This document shows positions 26,685 through 34,395 of a stretch of 38,390 bases of DNA, piece by piece. The position numbers and the translations under genes are program-made. The notes below the pieces were generated by a model. The model saw only the letters and a program-made list of their open reading frames with translations, had not been told where the DNA came from and searched no databases. The DNA is from an uncultured Bacillota bacterium (GTDB lineage: Bacteria > Bacillota > Clostridia > Christensenellales > Borkfalkiaceae): positions 26,866-65,255 of the forward strand of contig CASEHS010000012.1 of assembly GCA_949287815.1 (NCBI GenBank). The letters are read 5' to 3'. How positions within the stretch are numbered: position 1 is the stretch's first letter; every line of letters starts with the position of its first letter.

Positions 26685-28103
26685 ATGAAATTTGAAAAAC
26701 TCAGAAAAGAAGATATAGTTACACTTTTACCCTGGCTGAGACGGCAGAATACGCACATCAGCAACTATTCGGCAGCATTTTTATTTATGTGGCACAGACA
26801 CCAGAATGCGTGGTTCGCGACGGTGGGCGACTGCCTAATTCTTCGCGAACAGTTTGTGAAAATGCCGTATTTTTACTATCCCATATCGCTCAGCGGCAGT
26901 GAAGAAGAGGAGCGTGCGGCAATTTCCGCTTTGGAAGAGTATTGCAGAGAAAACAAAGAGCGTCTGCATTTTACCAATGTTCCGAAAAATAAACTTTGCG
27001 AACTCGTGCCGAGATACGGTGCGGACGTGCATATCTCCAACCTTCGCAAATGGCGGGATTTTCTGTACAGAACGGAAGATTTCAGAAGTTTTGCGGGCGG
27101 AAAATACAGCGGACAGCGAAATCATATCAATAAATTTAAAAAAAATTATCCTGACGCGCAGATGTATCCGTTCAGGCAAGAGGATGTCGGCGAGGTTTTG
27201 AAGTTCCTTGACGCATACTCTGCCGTACAGCTGAGCAAGGACACGTTTTTGGCAAAAGAAGAATTGCGCGCCGTCAGGGAAGTCTTGCCTTTTATCGAAA
27301 AGCTCGATCTTGTCGGGGCGTATGTTCGCATCGGCGGTAAAATCGTGTCTTTCGTGATCGGAGAAAAGTGCGGGGATATGATGATCGTGGTAGTGGAAAA
27401 GGCTCTTCGGGAATATGAAGGGATTTATCCCGCGACTGCGCAGATGTTCGCAAATAATTTTTGCGGTGATGAGATAGAGTATTTAAACCGCGAGGACGAT
27501 GCGGGGGATCTGGGACTTCGCAAATCCAAAATGCAGTATCTGCCTTGTGAACTTGTGGATAAATACAATCTTGCCATACACCGCCCGATCGATACACTTT
27601 CCAAATTCCCCGAAATCAGAACGCAGCGGCTGGTGCTTAAAAAGATCGGTAAGGAAGATACTGCCGAATATGCCCGCCTTGCAAGGGATGAAGAGCTCAA
27701 CCGTTATTGGGGCTATGATTGGAAAAAAGACGCACCCGAGGACGTTTCGGACGAATGGTTTTTAAAAGACGTATACACTGATTTTAAAAATAAAGACGAA
27801 ATAAGATTAGGTATCTATTCAGAGGGAACACTGATCGGCGAAGCGACGCTCTATAATTTCGGCTATCGGGCCGAAGCGGAATTCGGCGTGCGCGTATCGA
27901 AAGAATATCAGGGCAGAGGTTTTGCAAAAGAAGCGGCGATCGGGCTTTGCGGTTACGGATTTTCCGTTCTCAATCTTGAAAGGATAGAGGCGAAGTGTTA
28001 TAAACCCAATCAGCCGTCCGCAAAGATGTTGCAGGCATCGGGTATGCGCCCTTGCGGGGAAGACGAAACTTTTTTGTATTTTTATAAGACGGCTGCAATG
28101 TAA
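26685..28103 (+). CDS. Fusion protein: DUF2156 (LPG-synthase-C-like aminoacyl-transferase fold) plus RimL/RimJ-type GNAT N-acetyltransferase
   Basis: 472 aa. Residues ~1-300 carry DUF2156 hallmarks (GGKYSGQRNHINKF; INREDDAGDLGLRKSK). Residues ~310-470 form a GNAT of the Acetyltransf_3 type (RLVLKKIGKED...YQGRGFAKEA). SD is weak. Confidence 0.65.
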   Translation: MKFEKLRKEDIVTLLPWLRRQNTHISNYSAAFLFMWHRHQNAWFATVGDCLILREQFVKMPYFYYPISLSGSEEEERAAISALEEYCRENKERLHFTNVPKNKLCELVPRYGADVHISNLRKWRDFLYRTEDFRSFAGGKYSGQRNHINKFKKNYPDAQMYPFRQEDVGEVLKFLDAYSAVQLSKDTFLAKEELRAVREVLPFIEKLDLVGAYVRIGGKIVSFVIGEKCGDMMIVVVEKALREYEGIYPATAQMFANNFCGDEIEYLNREDDAGDLGLRKSKMQYLPCELVDKYNLAIHRPIDTLSKFPEIRTQRLVLKKIGKEDTAEYARLARDEELNRYWGYDWKKDAPEDVSDEWFLKDVYTDFKNKDEIRLGIYSEGTLIGEATLYNFGYRAEAEFGVRVSKEYQGRGFAKEAAIGLCGYGFSVLNLERIEAKCYKPNQPSAKMLQASGMRPCGEDETFLYFYKTAAM

Positions 28104-28161
28104 AAATACAGCGTACTGAAACTTTGTATAAATTAGAATAACAATATAAATATAAGAAAAT

Positions 28162-28204
28162 AAGGCGGAAGCAAAGATATTTCTTTGCTTCCGCCTTATT
28201 TTTA
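28162..28204 (+). terminator. Rho-independent terminator
   Basis: aaggcggaagcaaag-atattt-ctttgcttccgcctt followed by ATTTTTAT. Confidence 0.8.
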
Positions 28205-28321
28205 TCAGAAACAGTTTTTTAATTTCGGAAAATTGTTTAAAAATACAAATCAAATCTTAAAGTATAAATTTACTTTCATTTGTCAATAACTCTTGCACAA
28301 ACAAAAAGGCAGGAACATTTC

Positions 28322-28849
28322 ATGAAAAAAATCGGTATAGTTTTCGGGGTATTATTCATAATAATTCTGACGGTTATATTCACGGCGCAGGAAAAACCCG
28401 CGCCCGCATCGGAATATCTGAGGATGCACGTCCGCGCAAACTCCAATTCGGCGGAAGATCAGTCGGTAAAATACGAAGTCAAAGAAGCGATCGTAGAATT
28501 TCTGATCCCTTATGCGGCCGAGGCGGAAACAAGAGAGGAAGCAAAGCAAATTTTTGCGGAGCTTCTGCCCGGCATAGAACGGGTCGCGGACAAAGTTCTG
28601 GCGAAAAACGGATTTAATTACACTTCGCATGCCGAATGGCGGAAAGAAGAGTTTCCGACCAGGGTATACGACGGAGTGACTCTCGAAGCGGGCGTATATG
28701 ACGCACTGATCGTTGAACTCGGCACGGGCGAAGGCGATAACTGGTGGTGTGTGGTGTATCCGCCGCTGTGCTTTTCAGGCGCGGCGGGCAGCAACGTGCA
28801 GTACCGTTCCCGTATTCTGGAAATCATCAGAAATTTTTTCGGAGACTGA
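28322..28849 (+). CDS. spoIIR: Stage II sporulation protein R (signals pro-sigma-E processing)
   Basis: ATG at 28322 (the ORF opens at 28280). Signal/TM segment, then YLRMHVRANSNS...GDNWWCVVYPPLCF, which are SpoIIR hallmarks. Confidence 0.85.
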   Translation: MKKIGIVFGVLFIIILTVIFTAQEKPAPASEYLRMHVRANSNSAEDQSVKYEVKEAIVEFLIPYAAEAETREEAKQIFAELLPGIERVADKVLAKNGFNYTSHAEWRKEEFPTRVYDGVTLEAGVYDALIVELGTGEGDNWWCVVYPPLCFSGAAGSNVQYRSRILEIIRNFFGD

Positions 28850-28910
28850 GTTTTTCAAATAAGTCCTCCGAGAAACGGGAAATAGTTTTAAACGGAGGAA
28901 CAGGAGAAAA

Positions 28911-29639
28911 ATGAAAAAACTCATCAGAACGAGTGCGCTCGTCCTTTCCCTTCTGGTCGTCGGCTGCGCGGGTGTACTTTTCACGGCGCGGAATCTTTCT
29001 TTTGGCAGAGAAGACATCGCCTGCGAAGCGGTAACGGAAGCGGCGGTATTGCGTCAGGGCAGCACGGGCAGCGAAGTAAAGACGGTCCAGTCCAAACTCA
29101 AACGTTGGGGATATTATTCGGGCGCGGTCGACGGGATCTACGGATCGCAGACAAAAAAGGCGGTAGAATATTTTCAGCGCAAGAACGGACTTAAAGTAGA
29201 CGGTATAGTAGGCGCAAAGACTTTTGCGGCACTGGGCATGTCCTCGTCTTCCTCATCTTCATCGTCTTCAAGCAGCAGTTCTTCGGCAAGCGGCGACGTT
29301 TACTTGCTTGCGCGCTGCATTTACGGAGAAGCTCGCGGTGAAAGTTATGTCGGACAGGTCGCCGTCGGCGCAGTAGTCTTGAACAGGGTAAAGAGCCCGT
29401 CCTTCCCGAACACCATATCGGGAGTCATTTATCAGAAGGGCGCGTTTACGGCGGTTTCGGACGGACAGATCAATCTTACGCCTAACCAGACGGCGATCAA
29501 TGCCGCAAAGGATGCTTTGAACGGTTGGGATCCTACGTACGGATGTCTGTACTATTACAATCCGGCAACGGCGACAAGTTCGTGGATATTCAGCCGCGAA
29601 ACGGTCGTTACGATCGGCAAACACGTCTTTGCGATTTAA
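28911..29639 (+). CDS. sleB: Spore cortex-lytic enzyme SleB-like (PG-binding domain plus Hydrolase_2), with poly-Ser linker
   Basis: 242 aa. Signal peptide, PG_binding_1 (GSEVKTVQSKLKRWGYYSGAVDGIYG), a run of 15-16 Ser (29241-29285), SleB catalytic domain (RCIYGEARGE...VVLNRV). Confidence 0.85.
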   Translation: MKKLIRTSALVLSLLVVGCAGVLFTARNLSFGREDIACEAVTEAAVLRQGSTGSEVKTVQSKLKRWGYYSGAVDGIYGSQTKKAVEYFQRKNGLKVDGIVGAKTFAALGMSSSSSSSSSSSSSSSASGDVYLLARCIYGEARGESYVGQVAVGAVVLNRVKSPSFPNTISGVIYQKGAFTAVSDGQINLTPNQTAINAAKDALNGWDPTYGCLYYYNPATATSSWIFSRETVVTIGKHVFAI

Positions 29640-29651
29640 GGAGGAAAGGGA

Positions 29652-31256
29652 ATGAGAGAGGAAGAAAAATTTTCTGAAGGTGCAGAAAAAGTAGAAAATC
29701 TCGCCGAAGAAAAGCGCGAAAAGGCGCGCCGCGCGGAAGAAGAAAAGGCGCAGGCGAGACTGGACGCGGCTTTGAAAAAAGAAGAAGAAAAAAAGCGCAA
29801 AGAAGAAATGAAGCGCGAGAAGAAAGAAGAAAAGGCGCGCAAGATCGCAGAGGATCGCGCACAGAAAGAACGCAGAAAAGAACACGCTGCGGAAGATAAG
29901 CGCAGACGTCGCGAAGATAAGGACAGAAAACAGCACGCGCCCGGTTTTGGAGGCTGGCTTACGGCTGTCATCACGCTGGGTGTTACCGTTCTTGCGCTGG
30001 GTGCTGTCGTTACGGTCGGATATTTCGATCTTACAGAGGCGAAATCGGGATTGTATAACGGTTATCAGAGCGCAGTGTGGGAGCTGAGCGAACTTACCGA
30101 AAATCTGAACGCGAATCTTTCCAAGGTGCGCGTTGCGACGGGAAATTATGAGATGCAGAAGATCCTCACGGATATTCTTGTCGAGAGCGAACTTGCGGAA
30201 AATTGTCTGCAATCTTTCCCTGTCGACGGACACGGAACGGAAAATCTGACGGCGTATATCAACCGCATGGCTGATTATTCGAGAAAACTTTTAAACCGTC
30301 TCGCTATGGGCGGAGAAATCACCGAAGAGGATGAACAGGTACTCGAATATATGTATTTTACCACTCAGAAGATCAATATCGCGGCAAGAGAGTTGTCCGG
30401 CGGTATGAAGGGTAAAAACTTAGACGAATTGCTGTCCGGAAAGGAATTTCGCGATAAATTCGACGAACTCGAACACAACACGATCGAAACGCCTAAAATG
30501 ATCTATGACGGGCCGTTTGCGGCAACGAGCAATGCCAAAGGTCTGAAAGCGGTAGCGGGCGAAAAGGAAGTTACGGAAAAGGACGCTGAAAAAATCGTCA
30601 AAGATCTTTTCATTGATTATAAGATAAAGGACATCAAAGCGGAAGGAAAGACAGAGCATAAAGATATGTGCGCGTATAACTTCACGTTCACGACCGAAGA
30701 GGGCGCATATTATTATGCGCAGCTCACCGAACGCGGCGGAAAACTGATGATGTTCGACGGATATGAAAAGAAAAAGCAAGACAATTTCGGGCAGGAAGAA
30801 TGTATCCGCAAAGCGGAAGAATTCTTGCACAAAGCGGGCTATGACGGCATGGAAGCAGTCTGGGCGAACGAGGGCGAGGAATTCTGCGATATCAACTTTG
30901 CGTATGAACAGGACGGAGTGATCTGTTATCCCGATCTCATTAAAGTAAAAGTCTGCAAAGAATGCGGCATGGTGACGGGTATGGAAGCGCACGCATATCT
31001 TACCAACCACACAGAGCGCGATCTGGGAACGCCTTCGGTATCCGAAAAGAAGATAGAGCGCGCGGCAGAGCGTAAAATGGAACTCCGAGGCGTACGCCTT
31101 GCGGTCATTCCCGTAGAAGAAAAGGAAACGCTCGCGTATGAGATCAACGGATTCCACGACGGAAACGAATATTATGCTTACCTCGATGCGAAAACGGGCA
31201 GAATGGTCGAATTGTTCACCGTTGTCGGCTCGGGTGCAGGCAGGGCGTTGATGTAA
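29652..31256 (+). CDS. ypeB: Germination protein YpeB-like (PepSY domains) with a ~95-aa K/E/R-rich N-terminal extension
   Basis: 534 aa. Lies 12 nt after sleB, the canonical sleB-ypeB pair. Charged N-terminus, one TM (GWLTAVITLGVTVLALGAVVTV), C-terminal PepSY-like repeats. Confidence 0.78.
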   Translation: MREEEKFSEGAEKVENLAEEKREKARRAEEEKAQARLDAALKKEEEKKRKEEMKREKKEEKARKIAEDRAQKERRKEHAAEDKRRRREDKDRKQHAPGFGGWLTAVITLGVTVLALGAVVTVGYFDLTEAKSGLYNGYQSAVWELSELTENLNANLSKVRVATGNYEMQKILTDILVESELAENCLQSFPVDGHGTENLTAYINRMADYSRKLLNRLAMGGEITEEDEQVLEYMYFTTQKINIAARELSGGMKGKNLDELLSGKEFRDKFDELEHNTIETPKMIYDGPFAATSNAKGLKAVAGEKEVTEKDAEKIVKDLFIDYKIKDIKAEGKTEHKDMCAYNFTFTTEEGAYYYAQLTERGGKLMMFDGYEKKKQDNFGQEECIRKAEEFLHKAGYDGMEAVWANEGEEFCDINFAYEQDGVICYPDLIKVKVCKECGMVTGMEAHAYLTNHTERDLGTPSVSEKKIERAAERKMELRGVRLAVIPVEEKETLAYEINGFHDGNEYYAYLDAKTGRMVELFTVVGSGAGRALM

Positions 31257-31334
31257 TCAAAAACAAAAGAAATTATGTCGAATTATCAAACTGAGCGCAA
31301 GGCTCATAAGTATAATTCATCTTTATAAAAAACC

Positions 31335-31366
31335 AGCCCCGCGATCGGCATGCCGATCGCGGGGCT
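31335..31366. terminator. Bidirectional terminator (ypeB / alpha-galactosidase operon)
   Basis: agccccgcgatcggc-atg-ccgatcgcggggct. T-run on the - strand side (GGTTTTTTAT) and an A/T tract on the + side. Confidence 0.75.
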
Positions 31367-31406
31367 TAAATGTTAAAATATTTTTCGTTGTCTGCGTTTT
31401 TTCAGG

Positions 31407-31619
31407 TTATTTGCTGTCTGTTGACTGAGTAAATAAAGCGCAGCCGCTTTTTCTGAACTCTTCCGCTTTTTTGTGAAGAAGTTTTTCGTCTACCTTAAAA
31501 AATTCGGCAAGGCAGGCAAGGCATAAAAACTGAGTGCTTGCGCGGTTGATCAGCTTTTTTGTGAGCGCAATTTCCAAAGCCGAAACTTCTTTTCCGCAGT
31601 TTTTACAGATATCCTTCAT
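31407..31619 (-). CDS. Small 4-Cys (zinc-ribbon-like) protein of unknown function
   Basis: 70 aa. CKNC...CLAC...GC. Its ATG overlaps the alpha-galactosidase stop (ATGA), implying translational coupling. Confidence 0.45.
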   Translation of the reverse strand: MKDICKNCGKEVSALEIALTKKLINRASTQFLCLACLAEFFKVDEKLLHKKAEEFRKSGCALFTQSTDSK

Positions 31620-32737
31620 CTTTCCTCAATGATTTTTGCGCGGTATACAACGCAGTCGTGCGCGTCGAGGTTTTTAAAGATCACGCCGTTTGAAGGATAA
31701 ACTTTTTCATTTGTCCAGCAATCGGTAAGTTCGAGCGTTTTATGCGAATGAATACCGATACCCAGTTCGTCGAGCATACAAGTTCCGCGCTGGGATTGAT
31801 CGCTCAGGTTGAAAAATCCGATGGCAATATCCCCGTTTTCGAGCGCTCTTACGAGGATAGGTGTGGTTTCACTGCCTATGCGATAGGTCTGAGCGCATTT
31901 TTCGTCCTGATCGATGCCGATAAGTACTGGGTTTTTTAAAAGACTAAGTGTGAAAGGATCGATATTTCTAATGTCGCAGCCGATCATAAGCGGGGATTGC
32001 AGCATGCACCATGCCGCAAAATGCAATCTGTATTCGGTATCCGTACATCCGCCGAGTCCTACGTGTCCCGCGCCGCGCATTCCGGTGATCAGCATATCCA
32101 TATCATTGAAACAGCCTTTTCCGCCGAAAGCCAGCCTGTCAAATTGTTGCTCGATGAGCGATTTCACCGAATTCCAGTTATCGAAAATATCTCCTGTGGA
32201 ACGCCATATATCCGCGCCCGTCGTGCGGATCCATTCGTGCGTCTTGTCCGCACCCCAACTGCAAGCGGAAAACAGGATATCTCTGCCGCAGTTCGCGAGC
32301 GCAAGCCCCATAGCGCGGTAAAGATCTTCCCCGCGGCGGGTGTTCGGTTTAAAACAATAGTCATATTTGAGATAATCTACGCCCCAGTCTGCAAAAGTTT
32401 GCGCGTCCGTCCATTCTCTGTCCATACTGGAAGGATAGCCTGCACAGGTCATTCGCCCCGAACAGGAATACATTCCGAATTTCAGTCCTTTTTCATGTAT
32501 CTTATCGGCAAGCGCTTTCATTCCGTGTGGGAATTTTTTCGGGTCGGCAACCAGCTTTCCGTTTTTATCCCGTTCTTTCAAAGCCCAGCAGTCATCTATC
32601 ACTACATAGTTATATCCCGCAGCGGCAAGCCCCGTGTCGATCAGCGCGTTTGCGCTGTCGAGAATGAGCTTCTCGTCGATGTTTTCCGCAAAAGTATTCC
32701 AGGAATTCCAGCCCATAGGCGGTTTATTGATTTTCAT
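31616..32737 (-). CDS. Alpha-galactosidase, glycoside hydrolase family 27
   Basis: ATG at 32737 follows GGAGG (the ORF opens at 32782). PPMGWNSWN, the DDCW catalytic nucleophile region and the YLKYDYC motif of GH27. 373 aa, no signal peptide. Confidence 0.85.
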   Translation of the reverse strand: MKINKPPMGWNSWNTFAENIDEKLILDSANALIDTGLAAAGYNYVVIDDCWALKERDKNGKLVADPKKFPHGMKALADKIHEKGLKFGMYSCSGRMTCAGYPSSMDREWTDAQTFADWGVDYLKYDYCFKPNTRRGEDLYRAMGLALANCGRDILFSACSWGADKTHEWIRTTGADIWRSTGDIFDNWNSVKSLIEQQFDRLAFGGKGCFNDMDMLITGMRGAGHVGLGGCTDTEYRLHFAAWCMLQSPLMIGCDIRNIDPFTLSLLKNPVLIGIDQDEKCAQTYRIGSETTPILVRALENGDIAIGFFNLSDQSQRGTCMLDELGIGIHSHKTLELTDCWTNEKVYPSNGVIFKNLDAHDCVVYRAKIIEER

Positions 32738-32740
32738 AGG

Positions 32741-32796
32741 TTGACCTCCGCAAAAAATTGTGGTATAAGTATAACACAGCAAGAAAAAGGCGGCAA
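32741..32796. promoter_or_regulatory. Overlapping divergent promoters (AraC regulator + / alpha-galactosidase -)
   Basis: + strand: TTGACC (32741-32746), 17 nt, TGg-TATAAG (32761-32769). - strand: TTGCCG (complement of 32791-32796), 17 nt, TGt-TATACT (complement of 32768-32776). Confidence 0.45.
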
Positions 32797-32816
32797 TGTT
32801 TTAATGTTGCCGAAAC

Positions 32817-33620
32817 ATGGGAAAATGTTGCATGAATGATTTTCTGAAACTTATCTGGTCCAATGAAACGCAGTGCGAACCGCTCTATAAAGTAGGGCCT
32901 TACGAACGGAACTGTTACATTCTGCATTATATCGTTTCGGGAAAGGGGTCGATAGAGTATGCGGGGAAGAGATACGAAGCTCGGCAAGGTCAGATGTTTG
33001 TCATCTATAAAGGGGATATGATCTCTTATTGTGCGGACAGAGAAGACCCCTGGAAATACATATGGGCGGATTTTGACGGTATGGATGCCGAAAAACTGCT
33101 TTCGGCAACGGCTTTTTCGAGGGAAATGCGCGTGTCGCCCGTATTGCCCGAGCAAGAGATTTATCCCATTATGAAAAAAATGTACGGAAAAATGGGAACC
33201 TTGAGCGCGGAAATGGAGGGGAGCGGGTTGCTTTTAATGTTGTTTTCATTGCTGATCCGCTTTTTCCCGTCTGAAAGGAAAGAGGACTGCGAAGTGGCGG
33301 AGCGTGCGGCGCTGCTGATCAGAACGGGTTTTTCCGATTGCGATTGCCGTATCGAAAAAGTTGCGGAAATGATCGGGCTTAGCCGTTCGCAGCTGTTTCG
33401 CGTGTTCAGACAAAAATACGGAATCAGTCCCAAAGAATATCTTACGGAATGCCGTCTTCTCTGCGCGAAAAACCTGCTTGCAGAGGGCAATTTAGGCATT
33501 TCGCAGGTCGGTTATGCCTGCGGTTATGCCGATGCGCTGTATTTTTCATCTGAATTCAGGCGAAAAGAGGGAATATCTCCCGGAGCGTACAGAAAAAGCA
33601 AACAGAAAAAAGAGGATTAA
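32817..33620 (+). CDS. AraC/XylS-family transcriptional regulator (cupin sensor plus HTH)
   Basis: 267 aa. N-terminal cupin/AraC-binding-like domain, C-terminal double HTH (LSRSQLFRVFRQKYGISPKEYL...). Confidence 0.85.
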   Translation: MGKCCMNDFLKLIWSNETQCEPLYKVGPYERNCYILHYIVSGKGSIEYAGKRYEARQGQMFVIYKGDMISYCADREDPWKYIWADFDGMDAEKLLSATAFSREMRVSPVLPEQEIYPIMKKMYGKMGTLSAEMEGSGLLLMLFSLLIRFFPSERKEDCEVAERAALLIRTGFSDCDCRIEKVAEMIGLSRSQLFRVFRQKYGISPKEYLTECRLLCAKNLLAEGNLGISQVGYACGYADALYFSSEFRRKEGISPGAYRKSKQKKED

Positions 33621-33622
33621 CC

Positions 33623-33654
33623 GCGGCGGCTCATGCGAGCCGCCGCTTTTTTTA
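33623..33654 (+). terminator. Rho-independent terminator after the AraC regulator
   Basis: gcggcggctc-atgc-gagccgccgc followed by TTTTTTTATT. Confidence 0.85.
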
Positions 33655-33756
33655 TTGTTTGGACAAGATTTACGGATTTGAAAAACGTTATAAAAATTAT
33701 CCGTTTTTAATTTTGTTGCATAGTATGTACTGATTTTCTTTTCAAGGAGGAAGTAC

Positions 33757-34395
33757 TTGTCCCGCATAAAAATTTTATCGCCGGAAACGGTGAGTATTTC
33801 GGAGGAAGCGATCATTGAAGAGGGCGTTACAATCTATCCGAACAATCATATTTTCGGCAAAACGATCGTAAGAAAAAACGCCGTTCTCTATCCGAACAAT
33901 ATCATAACCGATTCGGAAATCGGAGAGGGTGCGTCGGTTACGGCAAGCGTTCTGGAGGGCGCAAAAGTCGGTATAAACGCACAGGTAGGCCCTTTTTCTC
34001 ATCTTCGCAAGGGTGCGGACGTGGGCGAAGGTTGCAGGATAGGCAATTATGTAGAGATCAAGAACGCAAAGATCGGTGCGGGGTCGAAAGTGAGTCACCT
34101 TACCTATGTGGGGGACGCGACGGTCGGCAAAGACTGTAATATCGGCTGCGGTGTGATCTTTTGCAATTATGACGGCAAGACCAAGAAAAGTTCTGTAATA
34201 GAAGACGACTGCTTTATCGGAAGCAACGTGAATATCGTTGCCCCCGTTACAATCGGGAAGGGCTCGTTTGTTGCCGCGGGAACGACTGTCACAAAGGACG
34301 TTGAAAGGGGTGCTTTCGTGATCGGAAGGGTGCGTCAGCAGGAAAATGCGCACTTAGCGGAAAAATATGCCCGCAAAGGAGGTAAAAATGAGTGA
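33757..34395 (+). CDS. Stand-alone GlmU-type left-handed-beta-helix acetyltransferase domain (glucosamine-1-P N-acetyltransferase-like). No uridylyltransferase domain
   Basis: 212 aa. TTG start after AGGAGG. Near-collinear with the GlmU C-terminal domain (GNYVEIKNAKIGAGSKVSHLTYVGDATVG...NIGCGVIFCNYDGKTK...APVTIGKG). Its stop overlaps the glmM start (ATGAGTGA). Confidence 0.8.
   Translation: MSRIKILSPETVSISEEAIIEEGVTIYPNNHIFGKTIVRKNAVLYPNNIITDSEIGEGASVTASVLEGAKVGINAQVGPFSHLRKGADVGEGCRIGNYVEIKNAKIGAGSKVSHLTYVGDATVGKDCNIGCGVIFCNYDGKTKKSSVIEDDCFIGSNVNIVAPVTIGKGSFVAAGTTVTKDVERGAFVIGRVRQQENAHLAEKYARKGGKNE

Noticed and set aside
29241-29940. Serine-codon run and GAAGAAAAGGCGC-type repeats flagged as possible microsatellite or CRISPR-like repeats
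   Set aside because: Both are in-frame coding low-complexity regions (SleB poly-Ser, YpeB K/E-rich N-terminus). No regular repeat-spacer periodicity.
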